Assembly (NCBI RefSeq): GCF_006345805.1
Contig: NC_043001.1
Coordinates: 67,952,001 to 68,016,000 of the forward strand
Source: Octopus sinensis
Lineage: Eukaryota
DNA length: 64,000 nucleotides
Direction of reading: 5' to 3'
Shown here: positions 27,977-42,356 of the stretch, one piece after another
How the letters are laid out: each line of letters starts with the position of its first letter
Numbering within the stretch: position 1 is the first letter of the stretch
Program-made: the position numbers and the translations under genes
Notes under the pieces: generated by a model
Databases searched by the model: none
The model's input: only the letters and a program-made list of their open reading frames with translations
Told to the model about the DNA's origin: nothing

Positions 27977-28880
27977 TATACGTACATACACCTATTGCAT
28001 ACATGTTTTTGCACGCCTTTGCCCCTGCCACTGTCATACCACCACCACCACTACCACCACCTCCTACCCGAGTAATACCATCAGTTGAAGCAAATTTGGT
28101 ACCCGGAAGTAAGTTTTGTAACAGGAATAGAGAAGCCTACTTTCTCCCGCAGAGATGTGAAAGTCATACTTCTTTCGAAAACACGAACAGTTTCGAAACA
28201 TTGTTTACAAAATAATAGCTGATCGTTTGCGAAGGAGCGTTTCTACAGTCAACACGTAGGTCTTTTGCTCTGGTAGCCTCTGCTCTCTCCCATGTTCACG
28301 CACGACCGGCTATATATCGCTATGAGTAGAGCAACGGATTTAGCTAATTTGGAAATTAGTTGTGGAGAAACGGAGAATATCGTTTATGTTGCCCATATAT
28401 ATATACGTGCAACACACACACGCACACACACACACATACTCACACATTACATACATGTGTCTTTTACGCATACATGCTCGTGTGTGTGTATGTGTGACTG
28501 AAGCCATTCACACATACATACATAACAACATCTGTCTGTCTGTTATTGCCAGTCAAAAGACGAAAATTAAAAAAATCTGCTATCTCTCTCTCTCTCCCCC
28601 TTCGTCCCTCTCTTTACACCGTTGCTAGGAGGGGACCTAAACCATGTTTGCTTTGTAAACAATGGTAGGTTTCATCGCTGTAAAAATTTAGAAGTTATGG
28701 CTCAAAATTATTTACCGCTATTCGCGGGTGCCTCGGGGGAAAATAATTTGACGAAAATACAGCTAGGGTCCTGACGAAAGTCCTCCTAAAATTCGAGCGA
28801 CATGCGTGTTAATTTGTGGATGTGCATAAACTACAATCACGTACACACACACACATCTTGCCTTATATATATATACAGAT
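27644..28880 (+). mobile_element. Helitron/Helentron-derived element carrying a PIF1-like helicase C-terminal remnant (~28253-28390)
   Basis: Same ACTAGCAGTATAGCCCGG 5' end as 22890. HVGL...PMFTHDRLYIAMSRA...NLEI...TENIVY resembles the Helitron helicase end (VFSHGQLYVALSRV...TKNIVY). Ends ...ATATACAGAT. Confidence 0.65.
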
Positions 28881-29675
28881 TAAAATAGTATACAAAAATA
28901 TGTGCCCATTTAGGTCCATTTATGCTGGAGCTCTGAGCAAAATGTTTAGTGCACGACCATCCTTGGGACATAAGTAATGAGTGTGTAAATTTTAGTGAAA
29001 ATCGGTTGAGAATTATGAAAATGTATACATTCAGCGTTCCTAGTCAATTTAATCACCGTCGTTAGTGAACACTGGAAATAAATAAATAAGCAAAAAAGTA
29101 TGGAAGACCCTACAAATCATAAAACAGCTGATTAATGCAAATGAATAGGAATCATCTATTGTTGGTTTCCCATCGCTCTAGAGACCCCGATATCGATCTT
29201 GAAAAATCTAATTAGCTTATGTTCGTGTCTGGGATATGAAGCAGCTGTATATAAAATTTTAAAGAAATTGGATGAAAGATGTAGAAGGTATTGAGGTACA
29301 TTAAATTTTTGTACACATACACACACACGCACACACACACACGCACACACACACACGCGCACACACACGCACACACACACACAAAACTTCAATTTTAAAG
29401 ATATATATATATATATACAAGCACGCATGTATGCATACATACATACGTACGTACATACATACATACATACATACATACATACATACATACATACATACAT
29501 ACATGCATACATACATGGGTATATACGAACGTACACGCATACACACACACATGTATGCAAGTCTATCTTGTTTCGTGTTATCTAAATTCCACTGAAACAA
29601 CCTAGAAGACTAGGCACTTTCTCTGTTGGTGAGAAATTCAAGAATAAACCATGAAAATGTAGACATATGCACATA

Positions 29676-30496
29676 CGAGGTGTGATCAATAAGTATCCGG
29701 ACTGTTGCCATAGTAACGAAAGTAAAGCACACAGAGTGAAGCTGCTTGGCAAAGATTGACCTTGAACTCTGCTGTGCATGCACACTAAATTTTAGCGTTC
29801 ACTTCCGCTGTTTACAGCAGTGCTTTGAAGGAAGGTGTGTAGTGTGTGATCGTCGCACTGACCTTGATACAGAAAGTTGACATGGTGATACCTGCTCAGA
29901 GGCCTACGTAAAGTTGCAAAAAGTGTATGAGAGGAATGTATGAGCCGCATACAAGTGTACGATTGGTTCAAACGTTTCTAAGATGGCTGAATATATGTCG
30001 ATATTGACGAAGGTTTCTGGGAGACCCACGATTAGCAGAATTGAGTAAAACATGTGCGTGCGGCTGTGAGTGGAAATCATCGAATCACCATCCATGAGTT
30101 ATCAGAGGATGTGTAGATTAGTTATGGTTCAGTTCAGTCCATTATCTCTGAAGATTTGGGTATGAGACGCGTGTCTGCCAAGTCTGTGCCAAAACTGCTT
30201 TAAGTTAACCAAAGAGACACTTGATTGTGTCGGGAACGATGAAAACTTTTTGAAAACTGACAAGGTATTGCCCAGCTTTTGGCGAATTTTAATGCAGATT
30301 CTCTGCTCAACTTTTTCTGTCATGGTCAATGCGACGATCACACGCTGTACACCTTCCTTCCAAGCACTGCTGTAAACAGTGTAAGTGAGCTAGAACATTA
30401 AAACTTAGTGTACATGCACAGCAGAGTTCAAGGTCAATCTCTGCCAAGCGGCTTCAGTCTGTGCACTTTTCCTTTATTACTATTGATCAGATCACG
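29676..30496. mobile_element. Non-autonomous mariner derivative with long inverted arms, flanked by TA on both sides
   Basis: TA|CGAGGTGTGATCAATAAGTA ... TACTATTGATCAGATCACG|TA. Internal transposase N-terminal remnant (VYDWFKRF, SGRP, RITIHEL, LGMRRVSAKSVPKLL). Confidence 0.85.
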
Positions 30497-30652
30497 TACA
30501 CATTCCCGCACACACATGTACATACATATATACATATAGATACATGCATAAACATGGAGCTGTGTGTTTAATAATTCACACAACTCAATGGCTTAGTTTA
30601 GAAGGAAGGTGCATTGTTGACGGACGTGTATTGTATAAAATAAGGTAATCGC

Positions 30653-30766
<114 letters not shown>

Positions 30767-30920
30767 TTACGTGGGAGCCCTGGGCAAATCGGTTGAGAAT
30801 TGTGGAAATGTATGTGTTCAATGTTCCTAGTCAATTTAAACACCATCGTTGATGGACATTGGAAATAAATAAATTAACAAAATCCTTTCACTTTTATAAA
30901 GTGTTCTCATCTTGTTTGTT

Positions 30921-30968
30921 GTTAACAACGTTTCGGCTGATATATCCTCCAGCCTTCATCAGGTGTCT
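30921..30968 (-). ncRNA. Minimal type I hammerhead motif with canonical core
   Basis: GACAC-CUGAUGA-A-GGCUG-GAGGAUAUAU-CAGCC-GAAAC-GUU-GUUAAC. Core and stem II are intact; stem I pairing is short in this copy. Confidence 0.6.
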
Positions 30969-30984
30969 TGAGGAAATTTCGAAC

Positions 30985-31042
<58 letters not shown>

Positions 31043-32229
31043 CTTTCTCTTTCTATCTATCTGCCTATCTATCTGTCTAACTATGCATATCTGTATATAT
31101 CTATTTAGCTATATCTCTCTTTCTATCTGTCTGTCAGTATGTATGTATGTATGTATGTTGTATGTGTGTATGTATGTATGTTGTATGTATGTATGTATCT
31201 ATGTTGTATGTATGTATGTATATATAAATATATGCATATATGTATGTATATATGTTAGTGTGCGCGCGTTTGTCACTCTATCTCTTTACGCGTTTGTATG
31301 CATGTATGTGTACGTCTGTATGTGCGTGTGTATGTATGTGTGCGTTTGTGTGTGTGTGTGTGGTGTGTGTGTGTGTTTATGTGTATATGTAGTGTGTTTC
31401 GACAGTACACCTGGGACAACAGAACTCGCTCCGTCATTGTATAACATACGAAACAAGACATGAAAGACCGGAGATACGTCTGAAAGTATAAGTTAACACA
31501 TGGCGGGATGTGTGGAGGCGGCGGCGGATGAAGAGGAGGAGAGGGGGGCAAAATATGGGAGGAAGAAATAGAATAAGAATGTAGGAAGGTAAGGAGACGT
31601 AGTTGGTGGGGATGAGGGTGGGGTGGAGTTGTTGTTGCCGAACCTAAGGTGAAGGTGATGGGGGTGGGAAGCTTTTATAATGGGTGGGTAGCTGGGGAGG
31701 GAGTTTGTAGCTGTGAATCTATTGAAGAATATAATGTTTGCGACCTACAACGTAAAAGAAAGAAGTGAAAGTGTGTGTATGTGTGTGTGTGTGTGTATGT
31801 GAGAAAGAGCGAGAGAGGGAGAGAGAGAGAAAGAGAGGGAGACTGACAGACAGAGAGAAAAAGGAAGAAAGAGAAAGAAATTTAGAGACAGATGAGGAAG
31901 ATTGAAATAAGGCCGGTCGTCTATTGAACCTCACCGTATTTTATGATCAATGATTTTCGTCGGAATTGACGTCATAGCTGTGACGTAAATATGCATTGTG
32001 TGGTGGTGGTGGTCGTCGTCGTGATGCTAGTCTATGGTGGCATGGTTGTGAGCAGCACGCGGGACGTTATTTCAAACAAGTCTTTGTCTGCTTACCTGAC
32101 AAGCTTCTGTTAAGACTTACTATTAGCCTGATTAATCCTCTAACTTGATCAGCTAACAGCTTGTTAGGAACATTTTTTGTTCATAAGCCTGTTGCTGGTT
32201 CTGCGCCGACTTGGGGCTAAACTCCATTA

Positions 32230-32369
32230 TCTTCTTCTTCTTCTTCTTCTTCTTCTTCTTCTTCTTCTTCTTCTTCTTCTTCTTCTTCTTCTTCTTCTTC
32301 TCCTCCTCCTCCTCCTCCTCCTCCTCCTCCTTCTTCTTCTTCTTCTTCTTCTTCTTCTTCTTCTTCTTC
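32230..32369. repeat. (TTC)n/(TCC)n compound microsatellite
   Basis: Direct inspection. Confidence 0.97.
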
Positions 32370-32458
32370 CCACAAGAGTAAACAAGAGAGACAAAGACAG
32401 GCAGAAACAAGGACAATGTCCCTTGTATTTGAACACTATGCAAATATTCTTTTTAAAA

Positions 32459-33672
32459 AACTTTTCATTTAATTTTTCCAAAATTTAATTGTTTTCCATA
32501 CATCGAGTTGAAAAAGTTTCAATGGCTGAAACCGGTACTAAAAGGTTTTTATAATAAAATTATTTTAGCATTTTCTACCTTGACTTTTCCCTTATATATA
32601 TATATATAGAACTTTTCATTTAATTTTTCCAAAATTTAATTGTTTTCCATACATCGAGTTGAAAAAGTTTCAATGGCTGAAACCAGTACTAAAAGGTTTT
32701 TATAATAAAATTATTTTAGCATTTTCTACCTTGACTTTTCCCTTATATATATATATATATATAGAACCAGGGAGTTCTGAGCTGATGATAGAAATGTCGA
32801 GTTTGACTAATCTTGAAACGTACGTTCTCAAATAACCTTTGCATTTGATTTTTTTAATGTCTCTACCCCCATACTTTCGTGAGTTGAATTGAGCAAACAC
32901 TATATGAGAGAGGTTTTCTTTAAGTATTAGAATAGTTTCTAAATGTTTTTTTAGCTGCTATTTCTAATGAGTTCAGTATGCGGCAAAGTAATTTATTTTA
33001 CTAAGCCTTTTATATAATGTAATAATTTGAATTCGCCTTAAATGGTTCCCTTTGCATACTGAACACTTGGTGAAATTGATTAATTAATTAATTTTACCCT
33101 CAACTGTGAAATTATAATTCATCTCTCTCTATTTAAATGCCTCGGATTTTACCGAAAAAAGAATAGTGTTGCTGATTTAACCCACGCTGGTGGAAAGGGG
33201 AGAGCAGAAATTCTTCGCTTGCATATTTGAGTTTGTTGGCACTGTAGTTACGAGCGGATCTTCAGAAGCGATAAGAGGCCGAAGGAGTATGCTCCCACTT
33301 TCAGTGTTTCAAATCCAAACCAGGGAGTTCTGAGCTGATGATAGAAATGTCGTTTGACTAATCTTGAAACGTACGTTCTCAAATAACCTTTGCATTTGAT
33401 TTTTTTAATGTCTCTACCACCCCCATACTTTCGTGAGTTGAATTGAGCAAACACTATATGAGAGAGGTTTTCTTTAAGTATTAGAAATAGTTTTATAAAT
33501 GTTTTTTTAGCTGCTATTTCTAATGAGTTCAGTATGCGGCAAAGTAATTTATTTTACTAAGCCCTTTTATATAATGTAATAATTTGAATTCGCCTTAAAT
33601 GGTCCCTTTGCATACTGAACACTTGGTGAAATTGATTAATTAATTAATTTTACCCTCAATTGTTGAAATTAT
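32459..33672. repeat. Local duplications: ~150-bp tandem pair (32459-32609 / 32610-32765) and ~350-bp pair (32767-33116 / 33321-33672)
   Basis: Near-identical text by inspection, differing by a few indels. Confidence 0.9.
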
Positions 33673-33978
33673 ATATATATATATATATATATACATATTA
33701 TATGCATAAACTATTTAGGAGGTTATTCGCAATTCACAACCGAAAGGCAAGAAGTATAGTCGTCATTAAAGTAACGGAAGGTGCTAGTGAGCGCAAGCAT
33801 TGCTTAAGATTAGACAAGCTCCCTCCTTACTGCAAGTGATTTCACGTTTGATTAATCTTCATCAGTGATTCATTACTCCCTCACCGAGGGTTAATGAACG
33901 TAACTTACCTTGTCATTGTTATAAAGGACACGATAGGAAACATCGACTGATTCCGAAGAATATATATAGGAATAAGCA

Positions 33979-34257
33979 GAGGCGTGGGTGTGTGGTAAGA
34001 AGCTTGCTTTCCACTCACATTGTTCAGAGTTCAATCCCACTGAGTAACACCTTGGGCAAGTGACTTCTACTATAGCCTCGGCCCGACCAAGGCCTTTTCA
34101 GTGGATTTGGTAGACGGAAACTGAAAGGAGTCCATTATATATATGTGTGTGTGTAAATATATATATAATATGTATATATATATATATAGATATATATATA
34201 TATAGATTATATATATATAGTATATATATATATAATATATAGGCATATATATATATA

Positions 34258-34320
<63 letters not shown>

Positions 34321-34566
34321 ATTATACATATATATGTGTGCCTGTGTGTCTTTGTGTCTATTTTTTGTCCCCTCACCATCGCTTGACAACCAATGCTGGT
34401 GTATTTATGTCCTTGTACCTCAGTGGCTCACCAAAAGACACCGATAGAATAAATACTTGGTTTACTAACAATAAGCGCTTGGGTTGATTTCTTCGATTAA
34501 AAAAACTTTTAAGGCGGGACTCCGCATGGCTACAGTCAAATGACTGAAACAAGTAAAATAAGAAAT
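33979..34566 (+). mobile_element. tRNA-derived SINE (second family) with an internal (TA)n expansion; duplicate at ~36288-36856
   Basis: GGCGTGGGTGTGTGGTAAG A-box, GTTCAATCCC B-box, 3' GCATGGCTACAGTCAAATGACTGAAACAAGTAAAA. Partial relatives at 22738-22815, 38450-38650, 41580-41870, 44490-44710. Confidence 0.85.
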
Positions 34567-34632
34567 TCAGATGAATATGGTACTTAAGTAAAGGCACCAG
34601 ATTATCCATATAATTCAAATCGGCGTGATTAA

Positions 34633-34846
34633 TCAAAATAAGAACAAGGATATCCAGAGGTAATGCAGTACGATCGTTTCATGCAACTCCATTTAATTGA
34701 ACAAGGCAAATATTATATCAATTTAAAGTGTAGAGCAATCTTCAGCGCACAAAAAAATATGAATTTATTTGCATTGTTCAATTAAATGGAGTCCAATGAA
34801 ACGATCGTACTGCATTACCTCTGGATATCCTTGTTGCTTATTTTGA
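34633..34846. mobile_element. MITE with ~75-85-bp terminal inverted repeats; duplicate at 36930-37145
   Basis: TCAAAATAAG..CAAGGATATCCAGAGGTAATGCAGTACGATCGTTTCAT...AATTGAACAA and its reverse complement; TA follows the right end. Confidence 0.8.
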
Positions 34847-36040
34847 TATATATATATAAGTACAAAGTGAAATAGGGGTATGAGTGTAACCCACTATGGG
34901 ATATCAGTTATCCAATATACAGCTATGAAGTACCCAATATATAAACAATAAACAATAAAAACAATATACATCAATAATTAGATAATACCATAAAAAATAA
35001 TACATATAAAATGGATCTTAAAGCTGTTTCAGCCTGTAGATAAAGGTATCTCATTGTGCCTATATTAGTCATATGTATTGAGGTAATATGCACTTAAAAA
35101 TGAGTATATATCTCAAGGCCTCGTCGGAGATTATAAAGTACATTTATAAAAATATAAAATGCAAATATAAATATGAAACAAAAAGCACATACACAAGAAT
35201 ATATATACATATATATATATAAGTGTATATACATATATATATATACATATATGTAAGTATATATATAATAATATACATACACATTGGTTACTGATAATCA
35301 AATATTTAGACTGGAGTATAACAAATACATCCACATCAATGGGTACACATACAAAGTCCAAAGTATATTAAATTACCCAATACCAAAACTATTATATTAT
35401 TATTTATTATTATTATTATTATATTATTATTATTATTATTATTATTTATATCATTATAATAATAATACCAATAATGGAATATGTTGCATTCTGCTATTCA
35501 CAATACATAATAGATGGAAAATACCAACATAAAATATAGTATAATATAATAGTGTAATAAATATAATATAATATAAATAATATAATATAATAATTAATAT
35601 ATTGTATATTACATATATAATATAGTATGAAACCATATATAGACAGATGTTTATGGAAGATGCAAGCACATAATTCAACAAATAATGTAACAAATAATGC
35701 CATTATATTCATATATCATACAGTCAAATCGAAACTTCAGTCTTAATCTGCATACATATATATACACACAGGTAACAAATACCTGTATATGCATATACAA
35801 CATGCGTAAAAACATCAACTGATACATATACATATATAAAGATATTGTATCCTTTTACATCATACAAAAGATATATGAATGTACATATGTATTAGTTGAT
35901 GTTTTTACGCATGTATGTATATGCATATACATGTATTTGTTACCTGTGTGTATATATATGTATGCAGATTAAGACTGAAGTTTCGATTTTGACTGTATGA
36001 TGTGTATGTATGTGGATGTGCTTGTGTATGTTATATATAT

Positions 36041-36140
36041 NNNNNNNNNNNNNNNNNNNNNNNNNNNNNNNNNNNNNNNNNNNNNNNNNNNNNNNNNNNN
36101 NNNNNNNNNNNNNNNNNNNNNNNNNNNNNNNNNNNNNNNN
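36041..36140. other. Assembly gap (100 N)
   Basis: Direct inspection. Confidence 1.
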
Positions 36141-36558
36141 TACTGCAAGTGATTTCACGTTTGATTAATCTTCATCAGTGATTCATTATCCCTCACGAGG
36201 GTTAATGAACGTAACTTACTTGTCATTGTTATAAAGGACACGATAGGAAACATCGACTGATTCCGAAGAATATATATAGGAATAAGCAGAGGCGTGGGTG
36301 TGTGGTAAGAAGCTTGCTTTCCACTCACATGTTCAGACGTTCAATCCCACTGAGTAACACCTTGGGCAAGTGATTCTACTATAGCCTCGGCCCGACCAAG
36401 GCCTTTTCAGTGGATTTGGTAGACGGAAACTGAAAGGAGTCCATTATATTATAGTGTGTGTGTAAATATATATATTATATGTATATATAGATAATAATAT
36501 ATATATAATCTATATAATATATATATATAGATATAAATATATGCTATATATATAAATT

Positions 36559-36591
<33 letters not shown>

Positions 36592-38000
36592 TAATATATA
36601 TATATATATATAATATATACATATATATGTGTGCCTGTGTGTCTTGTGTCTATGTTTGTCCCCTCACCATCGCTTGGACAACCAATGCTGGTGTATTTAT
36701 GTCCTTGTACCTCAGTGGCTCACCAAAAGACACCGATAGAATAAATACTTGGTTTACTAACAATAAGCGCTTGGGTTGATTTCTTCGATTAAAAAAACCT
36801 TTAAGGCGGGACTCCAGCATGGCTACAGTCAAATGACTGAAACAAGTAAAATAAGAAATTCAGATGAATATGGTACTTAAGTTAAAGGCACCAGTATTAT
36901 CCATATAATTCAAAATCGGGTGATTATAATCAAAATAAGCAACAAGGATATCCAGAGGTAATGCAGTACGATCGTTTCATGCAACTCCATTTAATTGAAC
37001 AAGGCAAATATTATATCAATTTAAAGTGTAGAGCAATCTTCAGCTGCACAAAAATATAGAATTTATTTTGCATTGTTCAATTAAATGGAGTCGCATGAAA
37101 CGATCGTACTGCATTACCTCTGGATATCCTTGTTGCTTATTTTGATATATATATATAAGTACAAAGTGAAATAGGGGTTATGAGTGTAACCCACTATGGG
37201 ATATCAGTTATCCAATATACAGCTAGTGAAGTACCCAATAAAACAATAAACAATAAAACAATATACATCAATAATTAAGATAATACCATAAAAATAATAC
37301 ATATAAAATGGATCTTACAGCTGTTTCAGCCTGTAGATAAAGGTATCTCATTGTGCCTATATTAGTCATATGTATTGAGGTAATATGCACTTAAAAATGA
37401 GTATATATCTCAAGGCCTCGTCGGAGATTATAAAGTACATTTATAAAAATATAAAATGCAAATATAAATATGAAACAAAAAAGCACAACACAAGAATATA
37501 TACAATATATATATAAGTGTATATACATATATATATTATACATATATGTAAGTATATATATAATAATATACATACACATTAGGTTACTGATAATCAAATA
37601 TTATACTGGAGTATTACAATACATCCACATCAATGGGTACACATACAAAGTCCAAAGTTCATTATATTAAATTACCAAAAATATAATATTATTATTATCA
37701 TTATTATTATTATATTATTATTATTATTATATTTATATTATCATTAATAATAATAATACCAATAATGGAATATGTGCATTCTGCTATTCACAATACATAA
37801 TAGATGGAAAATACCACATAAAATATAGTATAATATAATATAGTGTAATATAATATAATATAATATAATATAATATAATATAATATATTGTATATTACAT
37901 ATATAATATAGTATAACCATATATAGACAGATGTTTATGGAAGATGCAAGCACATTAATTCAACAAATAATGTAACAAATAATGCCATTATATTCATATA

Positions 38001-38287
38001 TCATACAGTCAAAATCGAAACTTCAGTCTTAATCTGCATACATATATATACACACAGGTAACAAATACATGTATATGCATATACATACATGCGTAAAAAC
38101 ATCAACTGATACATATACATATATAAAGATATTTTATCCTTTTACATCATACAAAAGATATATGCATGTACATATGTATTAGTTGATGTTTTTACGCATG
38201 TATGTATATGCATATACATGTATTTGTTACCTGTGTGTATATATATGTATGCAGATTAAGACTGAAGTTTCGATTTTGACTGTATGA
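38001..38287. repeat. Long palindrome, ~118-bp arms with a ~50-bp spacer (also 35716-36000; half copy at ~39535-39690)
   Basis: TCATACAGTCAAAATCGAAAC...CATCAACTGATACATAT and the near-perfect reverse complement ending GTTTCGATTTTGACTGTATGA. Confidence 0.9.
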
Positions 38288-39110
38288 TGTGTATGTATGT
38301 GGATGTGCTTGTGTATGTATATATATATATATATGTATATATATGTGTATATGTATATATAGATATATAGATATACATATATATACATCTATGTCTGTAT
38401 GCATTGCATTTGTCTATGTGCACGTTTGCATGCATGTGTGTGTGTTCCTGTTAGATTTGTCCCCCGCCACTACCTGACAACTTGTGTTGGTTTGTTTACG
38501 TCCCATAACCAAGCGCTTTAGCAAAAGTGACTCGATAGAATAAATACCAGACTTTAATAAACATATATATTTGTTCGACAAAACCCTTCACGGTAATGCG
38601 ACAGCATGGCCGCAGTCAAATAACTAGAATAAGTAAAGATAAAAATATAAAAGATAGCGATTAAAAAGTACTCAAGATACAACGGTAATAAATAATCTTA
38701 ATCCGCTGCCTTAAAAATATATTTATGAATAGAGAACAGGAATATCTTATAATAGTTGCATTAGTATTCAAAATATGGGATGTAATATGTATGCAGTAAT
38801 AATATATATATGTATATTAGTTTTGTACTGGTTGCCTTCGTGAAAATATAAAATGGCGTATTTTTTTCAGTTTATTAAGGATGAAAATGTAATTAAAGAT
38901 GAAAATAAAATATCTATCTACCTGCTTGCGCGCGCGCACACATGCACATGCATACACTTCAAATCCAAAGAATATGATATATGTATGTATGCATGTATAT
39001 ACATATTATACATACGCAAATATTCTTAGATTGTATTTCGAATACATATAACCTCTAAATGTGTAGAAGTTATAGTTATGCACTTTAAATTTATATAATA
39101 TATATATATA

Positions 39111-40569
<1,459 letters not shown>

Positions 40570-40586
<17 letters not shown>

Positions 40587-40837
40587 CGGGAAGCTTTATG
40601 AAAATAGACAAAAGACGAAGGCAGGTTTACGGAAATAAACAAAAGACGAAGGCAAGTGGAATACAAACAAACAATTGTATTAGTATGGCGCTCAGGAAAT
40701 ATAAATAAAACAGTCTTTAACGTTTCGAGCCTACGCTCTTCAACAGAAAGATACACAGAGAAAAAACCAGAAAGAAGGAGAGAAAAAAAATATGCGTGCA
40801 GAAGCTAGCGAATCAACATGGCGATCTGATTTCGGCC

Positions 40838-40840
<3 letters not shown>
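40570..40840 (-). mobile_element. Short PLE-derived/pLTR-like element between (TA)n tracts
   Basis: Carries the same hammerhead-like motif as the end of the PLE at 10400; (TA)n on both sides. Confidence 0.55.
40714..40751 (-). ncRNA. Minimal type I hammerhead-like motif (U6 variant), all stems intact
   Basis: UCUUU-CUGUUGA-A-GAGC-GUAG-GCUC-GAAAC-GUU-AAAGA. Confidence 0.6.
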
Positions 40841-40891
<51 letters not shown>

Positions 40892-41400
40892 GTGTGCAAA
40901 AATGCATTGTCTATTCATAGTAGCATGTATTGCACTACAACCATATACTTTCGGCTTCAGTCTCACTGCACAATAATCTTCTACTATAACTTCGGGCCGA
41001 CTACTGCTTTCTGAGTGAATCCGATCGATAGAATCAGTGTGGAGGCCGTTGTATATATATATATATATATATATATAGGAAATTTCGTAACTTTGCATGA
41101 CTCAATTGGAATGCATGTCTAGTATGTGCTGGGAAGGGCATTATTGAATAAACTTACTGAGCCTTCAAACACGTCATTAAGTAACTCTTATTCTTTCCTC
41201 TGCACTACTTTGCGCTTGAGTGTGTGTGCGTGTGTGTGTGTGTCAGTGTGTCTGCGTGTGTATATGCAAATATATATATATACATAGTCAATTCAAACAT
41301 GAAAAAAAGAAGAAAAAAAAGCAAGAAAAAACAACAACGCGAGGACGTGGAATAAGTACAGAGTTATTGGACGCTCAGGAAAGGAAAGAAAAGAAAGAGG

Positions 41401-41434
41401 ATTCACTTTTCGAGCGGAGCTCTTCATCAGAAAT
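41401..41434 (-). ncRNA. Hammerhead-like motif with canonical CUGAUGA core and damaged stem III/cleavage site
   Basis: AUUU-CUGAUGA-A-GAGC-UCC-GCUC-GAAA-AGUG-AAU. Confidence 0.45.
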
Positions 41435-41876
41435 ATAGTAAAAGTGTAAAGAAGGGAAGACAGAGGATATATATAGATATATATGTTTGTATATTTTAGC
41501 GTTCATAAGTGTACAAGTACGTAACTTAATGAAAGTGCCGAGTGCACTGAATGAATGCAACTGAATGAATGCACCGCCTTTGCTCGAACTAATCGACCCT
41601 AGGACTTATTCTTTGTAAGCCTTTAATTATTCTATCGGTCTCTTTTGCTGAACTGCTAAGTTACGGGGACGTGAACGCACCAACATCGGTGTCAAGTGAT
41701 GGGTGTGTGTGTGTGTGTGGGGGGGGCAAACACAGGCATACAAACACATACGTATAAATACATATACGCCGGGGTTCTTTCAGTTTCCATCCACCAAATC
41801 CACTCGCAAGGCTTTATTCGACCCGAGGCTAATATAGAAAACACTTGCCCCAAGGTGGGACTGAACCACTCATATG

Positions 41877-41930
<54 letters not shown>

Positions 41931-42322
41931 AGATATTGAAAGTGAGATTGAATGACAGGGAGTGAGAGGGAGAAAGAGAGTTGCTAGGAAGCACTAGAAG
42001 AAAAGGGATACAAATGTACGACGTTAAAGACACTATGTCACAGTGAAGGAAGCTTTTATTTTTTATTAGCGTGTAGCCGAAATCTTCAATTATGAAATCT
42101 CGAAAGAAATTCAAAAACCACATTTTGATAAAAATCTATAATAATAATAAACGCAAAATTCTGTCTGTCTGAAACCCCGTATCTGAATCTACATTTGTTC
42201 TACATAGACATATTATACCTTTTTGCAATCGGGATGATCTTGGGATTGAAAATCTACCCTTCATTTGGTTCTTCAACATCCAGCATTGGGATCTGATTTA
42301 AAAGCATTTCGGTTGCTATTTC

Positions 42323-42356
42323 ACGCCATCTTGTTTGGCGTTTGTAAGATGACGTC
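42323..42356 (-). promoter_or_regulatory. Candidate core-promoter motifs: CRE TGACGTCA followed by YY1-type CAAGATGGCG
   Basis: TGACGTCA at 42349-42356 and CGCCATCTTG at 42323-42332, in non-repetitive sequence. Motif match only. Confidence 0.3.

Larger units (their letters stand above)
33828..38345. repeat. ~2.2-kb direct duplication across the assembly gap (33828-36040 vs 36141-38345)
   Basis: Same SINE, MITE and palindrome in the same order on both sides of the 100-N gap; differences are mostly small indels. Confidence 0.9.

Noticed and set aside
32090-32125. Minus-strand splice donors (CAG|GTAAG, ATA|GTAAGT) and a nearby CRE at ~31968
   Set aside because: No open exon or acceptor could be tied to them.
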